From: Azolla caroliniana
Lineage: Eukaryota > Plantae > Polypodiophyta
DNA length: 64,000 nucleotides
Assembly (NCBI GenBank): GCA_043228905.1
Contig: JBHGNT010000015.1
Location: forward strand, 1,178,001-1,242,000
Direction of reading: 5' to 3'
The position numbers were made by a program, and so were the translations under genes. Each line of letters begins with the position of its first letter. Positions within the stretch are counted from its first letter, which is position 1. Positions 1 through 13,480 of this stretch are shown here, in pieces. The notes below the pieces were generated by a model. It saw only the letters and a list, made by a program, of their open reading frames with translations, did no database searches and was not told the origin of the DNA.

Positions 1-1041
1 AGTGCCAGTGGCTATCTATCTTTTGAGAGAGAGGATAAGAAGCCAGTCTTCATTGTGCATGCTTATCATACCCAATGTAGCAAATGAGCATTTGAGAACA
101 TCGAGAATTGCTGATGTAAAGCCCCTTCACAAATATGATTACTTGGATTCATAGTTAGCATGTAGTGAATGCAACTCAAGGAGCATCATCCCCTCCCATG
201 TTCACAACCACCACACCACCCCCTTCTTCAACAAATATCCTGACATACTTGCATAAATATGTATTTAGGTTGGTATTTCCATATCTAGATATGCAGGTAT
301 ATCTGCATTGTTATGTGCGCCAGAATATTTGTAGGTTGTATGCATTTATGTTTGGGAAACATATATCATAGCTTCTGGCGATTAACAAAAGAGATGATAG
401 CATGAAAGAAGCTTTTAACATCTTGGTCTCCTCTTGCTGCCTGACTCAAGCTCCCATAAATATACCACATAAAGAAATCCATCATAGAAGAAAAGAAACC
501 CCTGGTTAGCCTTGAGAAGACGTGAAAAAATAAAAAAGAATGATTAGGGACATGCGTTCCAACCTATTGTTGTGCAACAACGGATGACGCAGCCAAAACA
601 GCCTGGACAATATTTTGGATATGAGGGACAACAACAAAAACAGAATAATTCAAATTTTGGGTTGTGGGAGATATGCCATATAATTAAATATTAAAGACTG
701 TAAAATGTTTATGCCACCTTAAAAGTAAAAATAATACAGAAAATAAAAAATTTAAAATCCACATCTGTGGCAGCACGCAAACGGCTCTAGACCCTATGCT
801 CTACAACCATTCTCTAATCTACTAAGAAACTATCTCACTTTCCACGGCTGCCAGCCTTACCACCTACCTTAAGCCATTCCAGATCACGGCCACAAAGCCA
901 AACCCATTTGTTGCTTCCTGCAAAATTGCTGTTCCTGTAGATGTTCACATTCATGTTCCAGGTGCCCGTGATTATAGCTTAAGTAACACATTAGCAAATA
1001 TGATAGGGAATGCCAACTAGAAATAATGTGTGTCATTATAC

Positions 1042-4000
1042 CTCACGCTCTGCTATGCACAGAGTACGGTAACCAGCATGGGCAAATTGTTGCATATGCT
1101 TAAGACTAGTTTCTGCAATCCCACCTTGATCTTTTGCCAGACGTTTAAGAATCATAGTGTCTGCACCTTTGCAGTATAGCTTTATCCTGACCACAAAATC
1201 TGGTATTTATGACTTTGAAGCTTAAAGCAAAATTAGAGCAAATAATCATTGTGTGCATTTAAAAACTACCGTCCATTTGAATTTTTGCAAATGATGCTCA
1301 TCCTCTTTCTTTCACTGGTGAATTCTAAAACTGCCAAGATGGTGTGTGCTTCGGGAAACTGACCCTAAAAACAGTCAGGGAGACAATACTTCTTAGAAGA
1401 TTTCACCCAAGCCCCTCAAACAGTCATCACGTGTATTCTAACTGACTCACACACATATTCATTTATATATACACTGGTATAATGCAGTGCAAGTATATAC
1501 ATACTATGATGCAGTAAAAAATGAAGCAAATATATACATAGAATATAATTACAATGAATACCTACCCAGTAAATATTAATACATATCCCAAACACATGGA
1601 TACAAGAATGCAGAACATTACTCTGAAATAAAAACCACGGTCCATTAAATTTTCTATATTGGAACCTGGCATTCTGTTGTAAGCATGTCTGAATCCCGCC
1701 CAGTGAGCTGGAAACCACAAATAGCTGCTCCCTAAAATAATCAAACATCTTATAAAGCATGAATAAAATAGTGTCATTGAAGGCCACTTTATAGATAGCT
1801 TGTAAGCATTCGAATAAAATGATGTAGTCATGCACTTGGAAACATATATCACTGTTGAACACTTCTCTTAAGCAAAAAAACATGAAATTTGGGCAATACT
1901 ACCAAAAACACATCATAATGCCCCAAAGATTCATAGGACGAACATGGAAAAGGAGGAACGGGATGCATATTCTATTGGGCATGGCATTGCATTAACTGCC
2001 ACATGAGGGGAAGTCAATATGAGAATACCAATGTTTCAGGTATTACTTGGAAGCTTCAAAGAATGGACATTTAGAATCCTAGGGTTTTGGCACTGAATTG
2101 AGCTTGAACAGACATATGACAACCAATTGAAACCCTAAAGAGGAGGCCAGGTCAACATGTGGCAAACTCAAAAATGCCAAACTATTTGTAATGAGCAGCA
2201 AATGTAGAAAAAGACTTCAGCAGCACATGGATGACTATTGCCTACTATATCAGAACTCGCATGAAACAGATAAACACACCAAAATTCGATGCTATTATAG
2301 TCCAACAGAATTGATCAAACAAGTGACTTCAACATTCTCTACGACAAAAAGAGGTTCAAGGTGTTGACTGGAATCATTCTGGAAAGTTATCAGTGATCAC
2401 TACAATCTCCTTGAGTGAAGGCCGAGAATGATGAGATGTACGGATAGACTTTAGATGCCTTCAGAATTATGAATGTCAATTCTTTCAATGGACTTTAACG
2501 TCACTTTTAGTTGCACAAACTTGATTTATATAACAATGACTGAAGTTAAGGGGATAAATAAACAAAAATGTAGCTGTGACTGGGTTGAGAAAAGAATAAG
2601 AGGATCATATGTTGAAAGAAAGTAAGTTATAATAACAATCTAATATGTATGAGATATCAAATCCACCTCAAAGACAGTTCTTAGCGCTGACATCATCAAA
2701 TAAGAGAAAACTCATGGATACTCATAAAAAACTATTTTAATCAGTTAAATTACATACCTTCACTAAGGCTTCTTCATCTGGTGAAGATGACTGGTATATT
2801 ATCTCTCCAGTCTCCTCTTCATCAGCATAAGTTGGTATAGCTGTATGACAGATTGCAAGGTGCAGAAAGAAATCTTTGCATTTCTGACTTTGTGAATTTG
2901 GGAGTGCATCGACTTTCTGCAACTCTTCTATAAGATATTGATCTTCACATATGGTGTGCATGCAAGGTTCTGATTTTGACTCTTCCCAGATTCCATCCCT
3001 TGTAAAGTCCCCATAAATAACACCATTTATAGAGCATTGGACGAACGTCATCACATTTTGAGTAAGAGTACCCGTTTTATCAGATAATACATCATGCACC
3101 TGTTGCATTTGTATTATGATGAGTTGGAAAACTGGGGACATACAAAGAAAAAAAATAAAAAAATACTGAAGAAAGCCATTATTTCTAAGCAATTTTGTGG
3201 CAATCCAAGAAGCACTCTTAATACAAATAAAAACACTATTTATCATAACTGTTTTTAACATGAATCCAGAACAAATATAATCATAAGTTATTTGCCTCAC
3301 CTTCAGTTTCTATTATTCTAATGTTTGTAGCTTATATTAGCTGTGCTCATAAGGTCAATTAGAATCGGCATGTCGCAAAGGAAGTAAAGAGATTATACAA
3401 ACTAGGAGCGCGAGCACTGCAACTATCTAAACATGTATAGAACTGTAAAAGGAAACCTAGAAGAGCCATCAGTAATAGGCCACAACTGGCAAGAGGTGGG
3501 GAACAGCTTCGTGGATTTACAGAGCTTCATTATGGCAAAAACAGATGCACCAACTTGTTTCAAAACGCTGAGGGAAAAATCTGTAGGATGCTTCAATAGC
3601 AGCACCAAAGATAAAACCATATTTGCCCCCCCTCAGAGAACAAAAATATAGTCAGGGATCTTCACTTTATCATAGTAGAGTCTAATTAGTCTGTATACTG
3701 AGCTGTAGATGATGTAACCCTACCTATTGCACCATGTAACAATGAGCAGTGTCATATTATTTATAGGTAAGAGGTTTCTTCAAATTAAGGCATATAATGC
3801 TCTCCTTTTATCCGACTTTATCTCAGGGCCATGTGGGTGCTAGATTGCTTTGCTAACAATTTTCACCTTCTTTACGGCCACGAAAATGGGCATAGCACAA
3901 CCAGTAGGATATACAAACTTCTTGGATGGTACAACACTAGGATGGGATTTCGTCAGTTGTTGATCAATGGAGTACGCTTGGTTTCTCAACCAGTTTTATA

Positions 4001-7000
4001 TGGTTTGTGTCATTAATTGCAGCTTGTGCAGTTTATGATTTTTCCTTGATCATATTCATTTGCACCAACAACACATGATATGTTTGTAGATTCTTAACTG
4101 TAAACATGATTAAATTTTATTTACAAAAGAAAAGCCAAAAGTAAGTTCTCATTTTCACCTGTCCAAGCTCTTCATTTAGATTTAACGTTCGTGCCTGAGC
4201 TGGACCACCTGCTGGCTTGTGAAACATCCGAGAATCCCAATGTATAAAACAACATTGAATGACCTTGACAAGCTCGAGGGTAATACATAGTGAGATGGGT
4301 ATTAGCGAACTGAGCAGGATGAGAAACCTGAACAGTATAAAATGTCTAAACTCAAATATAGGAATTGCAAAACAGGAAAATTTTCTGCAGAGATATTTCA
4401 TCCTCAACCCACCATACCAGGTACCACGGGAAATTGCCATTCTTAAGATATCTTATCCAGGCTACAGAAGAGAAACGAAAGAACAAACCTTAAAAGCTGT
4501 ATTAGAAGGCCTGGAAGGTCCAAACCAGGTTCGGGCCAAACATAATCAGCTGCAAGATAAAAATGGTGTAGATTTCTCTCTGTCCACATGAAATGACCAA
4601 TTGCCAATCCAAGACATAGAATCAACTGATATACAAATAGTCCAGAAACCAGAACGTTCATCTTCCTTTCCAAGCGAGAGACCTAATTATAAGCTTTTGG
4701 GTGTTAAAATCTATAAATGATCATCTGCACATCTGCATATGCTATGAATAAATTATCTCACATTTCAAAAACTAAAGAATTAGAGGGACCTCCTAGAAAC
4801 CACAAATATGTTATACTTTTGTCGGAGCTGGAACTATGGTCCTCATATACTTTGTATCAGCGCCTGTAAACACAACTGCTCCAATCACCCATTCTGTATT
4901 TCTTAGTGTTGCCCCTCTAAGCAATATCTGACTTATATCTAAAGGCATTAATCCCTGACCCTGCAGTAAATATTACAAAATCCTTCAGTATTATGTTTTT
5001 AAATTAGTATACAATCCTTATATCAAGAGAAACAACTAGCACTTCAATTTCTGTAAAAATGTCTACAATTAATCTGAGAGTATCTCTCATTCGGGCATGT
5101 TGGCTGCAGTCAAATGTAAGTGGATTTGGTTTAGATCAATAAAAACTCCTTAACATGGGTCAAACAGGAAATAGTTTGACCTTAGGGTTTCAAAAATTGT
5201 GACTCAGGTGCAAACTAGAATTTGAGCATCTTTCATATGCTTCGTTAGGTAATACTTTTGCATTATTGTTTTGAACCACCCCAAAAAAACAAAAAAATCT
5301 GATGAACATCCGCAAATGTATATGATTCCCCGTTGAAGTTTATTCAGTGGAGCTACAAAAATTAATGTCCTAAGAACTATGTTTAAGAATATTCAGACAA
5401 AAGTTTCTAGGTTAGAACTTGATAAATTATTATAATGCCTTGGCAGTCAACTGGATAAAGCAAGAAATGCATAGATGGGAAGATACAACAATCGAATATG
5501 TCCTCTTTCTTTTTATGTAAAATGCTATTTACACTATCAGCTTGGAGCAAATACTACCATCTACATGCATTTTCAAATTTGTTCCTTTTACATACAAAGT
5601 TGTTGTAATATTTTGTACACTATGGGTACCTGAAATGACACAAATCCTTCAAATTCATTCACTCTATTATTTGGTTGTTCACATTCTATAATAAGTCCCG
5701 ATAACCCATGGAATGACACATCTCCATCTTCAGAATTCATTGTCGATGCTTGATAAAAGGAGTTTCGAATTTTAAGATTTGTCTCACCGTCCAAATTAGT
5801 TGTCTCAAGATATGCCATCCCTGCCACAGCCACCACAATCACATAACCTATCAGCAGACACAAACAGATGCAGACAGCTTGATCATTTTTGAGAAAGGAA
5901 AATAATATTCAACCTTGTGGATGTTGGCAGGACGATGCCTTTATTAGAATAAAGATTATATGCAATATGAAAATAAATAAAGCACAACCTTGTGCGTCAG
6001 ACGACGACAGAAATAGTAGATCTGCAGGAATTTCAGAATTATTTTGCACTCTTATAATATCTCCAACTATGATCGATTTCCATTCTAAAGGTTTAAGTCC
6101 TCCTCCTTGTAAAACTTCAGATTTGCGTGCATTCACCTGCTCATTACTTAGAAAAGAAAAATCCTGCAGTGACTACATTACACATAAATGTCCATAAATT
6201 CAATAAACATTTTATGCATTCTCCAACTTTGTTTCATGTTTTAACTTTTCGCACTAGCTATACCCTAAGTATGTGAATCCATTCTCTTATGAAGACATGT
6301 ATATCAATACATGAAACCTCGAGGCAAGCAAGCTTCCACTCATCCTGCATAGGTCATTCTTCAGGGCATCTAAGGATAATAAAACTTAAGAAGTCTTTCA
6401 CAAACCTAATGTGCTCAATTGTTAAGGTATGCACCAACATCTCTAATGAGAAACACTTCAACACCTAGGTATGGCTCCAGAGAATACTATCATCTGGATG
6501 ATACTAAAAGATATTTAACTTATAATTAGGAAGTTCAGTACCATAAATTACCAAAGACCCTAGACATAAGATTCAACGAACACTACTTTCTACTTAAACT
6601 AATGATTTTGAGACCAAACAACACTTTGAGAGGTTCATGTGTCTATGCAGTGTCTATGACATGTGCCTGCATTTTCCTTCACTTGTGAACACCTTGTAGG
6701 CGTTTACTATCCTTATCTGATATGTTTACATGCCAAAGAAATAGAGTATGTAATATTTGCTCATAAGGGTCCTATAGAAGCATGAGTGCAGTTAGAATTA
6801 CAAAATAGTACTGTTGTACAAGGAAACAACCAAAGATGTCCTCCTTTCCAAAGTGAAAAGTCTCCAAAGTGCAGTGAAATGCATTAGTTGCCTCCCTTTT
6901 GAATGTGAAACATTAAAGGCACTTAAAATGCACAAAAAAGAGCCAGATACATCAAACATTATTGAGAGAATGAGAATGATAAAGGGCAGGTAACCCTTCA

Positions 7001-8418
7001 ATGTACTTATAGGTTATACCTCTGCATCAGATTTGTGGCGCTTATAATCATAATGAGCATCTTTGAGAGCATTTACGAGCAGCACAAATAAGAGGGGCAC
7101 CAACGTAGTTTCAATACCAGTTGGTGACAGCCCTGGGATGAGCTGAATGACAGATATCAAAAGAAAATACAGATTTACTGCTCTTGAAAATTGCTCGAAG
7201 AGGTTGACAGGTATAAATGTGGTAATCTTATACTTTGAAGTAACAAGCATATTGTCACAGAACCTGCAGGTTGAAGGACAGATGTACAGATTACCATGTA
7301 TTCTCTCATTTACTAGATATAGCTGGAAACAGTTAGAATCACAGAAATTGGAACGCCTGACAAGTTCAGATAAACATAATGTATGAAGTATTTGTATGCA
7401 TGAAAAACAACCGATGAAATATAGCATCATCATATTCAAGGGATGTGAAATCTATATATAATCGATATTGGACCCTACTCTTGAGACTGAAGAGCCTTGA
7501 TTCGAGCCCTGCGTGTGATATGCATACGTACAGCACGATAAGTTTGTCGATCTGCCATCTGCATGGATCATACATAACATGGAAAATGTATTATATGATA
7601 GAAGATGCAAACAAAAAAAAAGCAAAGGTAAATTTCAGAAGTTCATACACTAACATCAACCTAAAAACCTCAATCACAGAAGTTATAAGTTTGAATTTTG
7701 TAAATCCTGAAACTTGAATCTAAGTTTTCAGATTTTCAAACAAGACGTGTTGTAAGGAGATATTTTTTCATCAGTTGCCATTTTTAAGGATAAATGAGGA
7801 GACAGGAGCCCATGAGTGATATGAAGCCAACCAGCCCGCGCTACATGATTCTAAGATTGATGGGCAAGGACACATAAGAGGCTGGAAACCACCTTATAAT
7901 TCAGCCATGTACATTGAAGAATATGTATGGAAATATAGAGAAAGAAAATGGATCCACAGGAAAAAATGAAAAAAAAGATCGACACAACGACTTAATTATT
8001 ACTGCAGCAGAAAGATGCTTTCCTGCATTGGGCTCATAAAACAAAGCACAAACGCCACCCATTCCCCTTTGGTTTCTAGTGGGAGAGATAGGAGTCGGCA
8101 CCCAGAAAATAGAAGGGTAAAGACCTAGCTCTGTGCTTGGCTTTTTAACAGGATGGCAGAATGGAAGGAAGTTATTGGCCTACGGAAACCTTAATCTTAG
8201 AAGTTACAAATTTGAAATTTGATCCAATATTCTATGAAGCTAAAGTTAGAAACGGAAACTCAAGAACCAGAAATTTCAAAAAATTAAACCTTCTTGGGAC
8301 TGAATGAATCTCCTCTTCTATTGGATGACCTCCTGGCACCAGGCCAGTCTTCACCATCTTCCATCAATCTGGATGAGAATCCTTCATACAAAGGGTTGGT
8401 GAAGTCTTGGGGTCTCAT
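1042..8418 (-). CDS. ALA: P4-type ATPase (phospholipid flippase, ALA family), N-terminal about half; gene continues beyond the left edge
   Basis: GT-AG exons with consistent phases (+ coords): 8290-8418 (tentative), 7479-7558, 7020-7263 (FCDNMLVTSKY..NLFEQFSRAVNLYFL), 5989-6136 (VGDIIRV..IPADL), 5630-5820 (YLETTNLDGETNLK), 4817-4960 (ILLRGATLRNTEWVIGAVVFTG), 4489-4682, 4159-4327 (LIPISL..NLNEELGQ), 2758-3099 (SDKTGTLTQN..SPDEEALV), 1666-1731, 1270-1364 (LEFTSERKRMS), 1042-1186 (CKGAD..GYRTLC). DGET, PISL and DKTGT are diagnostic P4-ATPase motifs. The N-terminal exons are less certain; a further exon at ~8003-8179 is possible. Confidence 0.93.
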
Positions 8419-9989
8419 GTCCACTCCGCCGTCATTCTCCAAACTCGATGGCTAGACGAAAACAGTGTAACCAATTTATCATTCAAAATCTACCAAACAT
8501 ATTTCCATTTTTTGTATTTTTTCCAGAATTTATGGGAATCAATCAATACATCAATTCTTTGATAAAAACCTTGATTTTGATTGCGCCAATAAAACCTTCA
8601 TTTAGAGGTCATACCCAAATGGCTCAACATCATATCATAACTAGGATGGTTGAATGAAGAGGAAGTGCAACGTCTAAATATGAATACCAAATGTCCTATA
8701 ATGAGCCTCCATAAAAAACTTCCAAGATTTCACGTCAATCATGACAGCCTTTTCCTCAAACACAAGCTCTCATCAATTCATATGCATTAATAAAAGAACT
8801 ATCCTTTGGAAGCAATATATCGAAAGAGGCACCACTATATAGTTGGATAATCACTTCTTCAGAGAAGAAACATCTTTAGGTTGATGATGATGATTGCTAA
8901 TTTGTGGTTTTTGGATGTGAAATGATACGTTATAATGAAGCTTGAGAAGTTGAAAAGCTATCATTATGAAGATTATACATGTACAAGATGAATGCACCAA
9001 AAACTGTTGTTAATGACTGCCCTAAATTAGGTTATTTTTGTAAAATTACAAAAAGAGGTAGTTGTAATGTGGTTGATGACTGCCCTACCTGAGGTTATTT
9101 TGTAATTTTGTAGAAAAAGTTTGTAATTTTACAGAAATAGTGGGTTCTGAAGCAAGGGTCTAACACTGTTGTTGCTGGTAAATATTTGGATGATTTAGCG
9201 TAAGTTTTACTGGAGTGAAGGTCCCAGAAGCATTTGGTGAAGGCTGATCGTGAGAATTTCATTACTGGTATTTAACTGTCTCTTTTCTGTTGTTATCCCA
9301 CAAGTTTTCATATTTCTTTTGAATAGATGCACCAGGTTGCATCATCAATCATCACATTGTAAATGATAGGTCTCAATTGTGTCCCAAGAATGCACAAAGA
9401 TTTCTCTAAAAGCATCGTTTCACAATTTGTGTATACTGTGATGCTGTATTGTCATCAAATACGTCAATGCTAATAATATATGGATGATACACTACAAACT
9501 GTGATCAGAAAATATGGTTAAAATGATCAAATTTTTGTGGATAGATTGTATTACACAGGGATAGTTGATAATGCAATGCTAATAATGAACATACTACAAA
9601 TGGAATGCAAAACATGATCAAGAAATCATAGTAAAATTGATCCAGTTAGAAAACCCTGTATTCAAATATATGGCCAGAATAGGGCCGAAAATAGAACTAT
9701 TACAATAAATGTATCGAGAGAGAAGGCATTTGGTAAAACAAAATGATCAAATCAACAAAAACAATCAATCAAGCATAGACAACAAACTATGCATTTGCCA
9801 GGGTTTGCAGGTTCATGCAAACAAGGAGGAAAACAAATGTGTCTATCTTGTAAAGCATTGGGTAAATACAAAATGATCAAATCACGCAATAAATAAATAA
9901 CAATCACGGATAGCAAATAAAATATGCATCGACCAGAACTACAAGGTTAGTGTAGATGAGGAAGGAAAAAAAAAATGTGTATATCTGTG

Positions 9990-10345
9990 AACACTCATGG
10001 ATGCTGCTCGATCAATGCTAAAAACAGCAAACCTCCCAAACACCTTTTGGGAAGAAGCCGCCGCGGCAACAGCTTGCTATTTACAAAATCAATTGCCTAC
10101 GACAACACTCAGCTCTCAAACACCATTCAAAAAATGGTCCGGTATCAAACCGGATCTCTCTCACCTAAAGATCTTTGGCAGTACAGCATACTTGTATGTA
10201 CCTAATGCGACTAGAAATAAACTAGAAGATCGAGCAACCAAACAAATTTTTGTCGGCTATGGTGACCGCTTCGGCAAGAAAGGATATTGTCTTTACAATC
10301 CAATCACCTGTAAGTTTCAATTGAGTAGAAGTTGCATTTTTTTAT
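9990..10345 (+). mobile_element. Ty1/copia integrase C-terminal fragment (relic)
   Basis: ORF 9997-10347 reads ARSMLKTANLPNTFWEEAAATACYLQNQLP..KPDLSHLKIFGSTAY..KLEDRATKQIFVGY, the typical copia integrase/SH3-like region. Confidence 0.85.
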
Positions 10346-10846
10346 GAAACTTCTATCTTCTCACCATCACCCCAAGATACTTCTATCTTCTCACCATCAC
10401 CATCATATACAATTACTTGTTTCAAAAGACAAAACCTATACCCAATTCCCATCACACCCATCAAAATATCAAATGCCTCTCGTCAAATCCATGATGCTGG
10501 CATTCAAAACACCCTCAAATGGCGTCTTAGGGTAGGTCACCCACAGCTTAAGTTTCAATTGAGTAGAAGGTGCATTTTTTTATGAAACTTCTATCTTCTC
10601 ACCATCACCCCAAGATACTTCTATCTTCTCACCATCACCATCATATACAATTCCTTGTTTCAAAACACAAAACCTATACCCAATTCCCATCACACCCATC
10701 AACATATCAAATGCCTCTCGTCAAATCCATGATGCTGGCATTCAAAACACCCTCAAATGGCATCTTCACAGCTTAAGTTTCAATTGAGTAGAAGTTGCAT
10801 TTTTTTACGAAACTTCTATCCTCTCACCATCACCCCAAGATACTTC
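10311..10846 (+). repeat. Tandem repeat of ~225-238 bp, about 2.3 copies
   Basis: TAAGTTTCAATTGAGTAGAAG starts at 10311, 10549 and 10774; near-identical ORFs 10332 and 10570. Confidence 0.9.
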
Positions 10847-10956
10847 TCATGACCCATCTAATCAAAACTCAGAAAATCTAACCCCTGATGAATTAAACAG
10901 GGCACATTAAATGAAATACATGCAGAAATAGAAAGCGAGTGCAATAACCAGGGAAC

Positions 10957-11230
10957 CTGAATTCGTTGCTTCTTCTGCTGGAGGGTGCATTCGACAGAGG
11001 CAGAGATGATGCTGCTGGGACATAAGGAAGCGTAGGACGGAGACAGAGACAGAGACAAGTGTACCGGCCAGAACAGTTGCCGCCGATGGGCGCCCAGGCG
11101 GCAACAGCCTTTTGTCCGGCCAGTGTGAAACCGCCCAACAAATCGTTTTGTGATCTTCCTAGATTGGTCATAGATTGGTCGTACACTGGCCGTATATTGT
11201 AGAGGGGTTTTGGGCGGGGACACGGTAGAA
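10957..11230 (-). promoter_or_regulatory. Putative ALA promoter and upstream (probably 5'UTR) exon
   Basis: GC-richer island with a CT-rich leader on the minus strand, a candidate donor CAG|GTTCCC at ~10957 that could join acceptor TAG| at 8451, and two minus-strand GACCAATCT (CCAAT) boxes at 11161-11180. Confidence 0.4.
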
Positions 11231-12360
11231 AAGGCAGGGGAGTGGGGGATTCGGAAATCATTCCCAACCAAACGAAAAGTATAGTTCTTTTCTCTCCGCT
11301 TAAACATACGATCGCGTCCTGTCACTTTCATTTCCAGAGAGATGTGTTTTTGTTTTTTGCAAATTTGTGGTTGGCAAAAGTTGGGATGCATAACAAATCA
11401 ACACGCATGATCCGTCGTCGTAAGCGAGGATTGTGGTTGTTCCTTGACTAACCTTTTTCATCTATTGATGCTCCTTGCCAATTAGAATCCAACCCCTTGA
11501 TTATATTATAAATGGTGAAGTTTAGAGTAAAATCACGCTAACACCCAACAAAAAAGTACACTCTTAAGATTGACATAGAAGTTGAAAAGGCTCGATTGTT
11601 TGGTTGGCACGTGTTCCTTGCTTGTCCAATTGGATATCTTTTGTTCTAGTATATGAACAGTAGAGACTTTGTTGTTCAAACCACCTATAATTTCGTGATC
11701 GATTATTTTTTAGACATAACATAATTTCCTACTTTCACATGTGTTCCAAAGATGTTGACTATATGTCAACTACAATTTGAATCAAATAATCCGTAGGTGT
11801 TCGTAGAGGGTATCTTTGTTTCTGATGAAGTCAAAATTGACCTATGGGACAAAATAAGCATATATTATTGTGTCTGAACCTTTTCTAAGAAGGGGGTTAC
11901 TACTTTGCAGTAAAAACTATCTATGTGAAAACAATGTGCACACATACGCAATCACCTTGCTTGGCGGGGATTCAAGTATGGTACTAAAATTATTATGTTT
12001 GTCTAATAAGTCCCTTATTGCGATTTACCTTATACATTGAGCCATGCAAAGAAGTGATATTCATCATCCATTATGGTTTCATAACATACCTTGAATATCT
12101 TCATATCAAAGCGAACATACCATAATCCTCCATCAACCCCTAATGATTGTGAATGAATTCAAGGAAGTGTCAAGGCTCTCTAGGAACTAAGGCTCATGTG
12201 AGTAATCAAAATTGCTTGGATATGTTCTAACCTTTTTTTAGCTTGTTTTAGGGCCAAATCCTGGGGTTGTTTGCAATGTGATATTCCAAATTTTGACATT
12301 TTAACATTCTTTGTTGATGTGTTTTTTTCAAGATGTGCACATCAAGAAACATCGAGTTTC

Positions 12361-13014
12361 TAAGTGTGGCATGTTGGTTGCAAGCTGGACCACACTGGGT
12401 CATCGTCACCGCCCAACAAGGTACTTAACCAACACCTTCCTTGACAACAACCATAGATCAAGAGTTTTTTAGTGTGGTTGGCCAATTGGTTGCAAGTTGG
12501 ACCACATATAGGTCGTCTACACTGCCCAACAAGGTACTTAACCAACACCTTCCTTGACAACAACCATAGATCAAGGGTTTATTAGTGTGGTTGGCCAATT
12601 GCTTGCAAGTTGGACCACATATAGGTCGTCTACATTGCCCAACAAGTACTCAACCAACACCTTCCTTGACAACAACAATAGATCAAGAGTTTATTAGCAT
12701 GGTTGGCCAATCGGTTGCAAGATGGATCACATTGGGTCATCTACACTGCCCAACAAGTACTTAACCAACACCTTCCTTGACAACAACCATAGATCAAGAA
12801 TTAATGAGTTTGCCCGGTCAATTGGTTGCAAGTTGGACCACATTGGGTCGTCCACACCGCCCAACAAGTACTTAACCAACACCGTCCTCGACAACAACCA
12901 TAGATCAAGAGTTTATTAGTGTGGCCGGCCAATCGGTTGCAAGACGAACCAAACAGGGTCATCTACATCGCCCAACAAAGTACTTAACCAATACTTCCAC
13001 GACAACAATCATAG
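12361..13014. repeat. Minisatellite, about 6 copies of a 111-113 bp unit
   Basis: ACAACAACCATAGATC and ACTTAACCAACACCTTCC recur; anchors at ~12451, 12564, 12676, 12787, 12898, 13009. Confidence 0.92.
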
Positions 13015-13297
13015 GCCCAAGAACCCGATCCAACTCACATGGATAGTCACACCCGATCGCAAGGCCTGACCCGAGAGCAACGACAACATGCATTGATGAG
13101 AGGTGCATTGTCGAAACACTCCAAATCAAAGCCAAATCAAAGCTAGTGTATGTACAAGGAAGGAGCCCAAGTTGTGGTCCCCCAAAATCAAAGCCAAATG
13201 TAGTGTATGTATGAGGAGCCCAAACTTGATGGCACAACCTTAGTGCTACCCCCTTGATATGAGACATAACTACAAAGTCTCTTCACACACATACTTT

Positions 13298-13300
<3 letters not shown>

Positions 13301-13327
<27 letters not shown>
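13301..13327 (+). repeat. (CT)n microsatellite in BZW promoter/5'UTR
   Basis: Direct sequence. Confidence 0.9.
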
Positions 13328-13334
<7 letters not shown>

Positions 13335-13480
13335 AAAGACCCTCCCCTCTCCCCTGTTCTCTAAGATCTCCCCTGTTCCTTCTCCGTCTCGCAGATTTTC
13401 CTTTCCTTTCCTTTTTTACAGAGACGTAGCTCCCCACACACACACAGGCCGCAGAACACCATATCTCCAAGTCTTGGTTT

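Noticed and set aside
1-1041. Further ALA exons
   Set aside because: No candidate exon gave recognisable P4-ATPase sequence; treated as intron.
10858-11391. 177-aa minus-strand ORF as a gene
   Set aside because: No recognisable domain; it overlaps promoter-like elements and is more likely UTR or promoter.
12361-13014. CRISPR-like periodicity
   Set aside because: The whole unit is repeated, there are no spacers and no cas genes, and the context is plant nuclear DNA.
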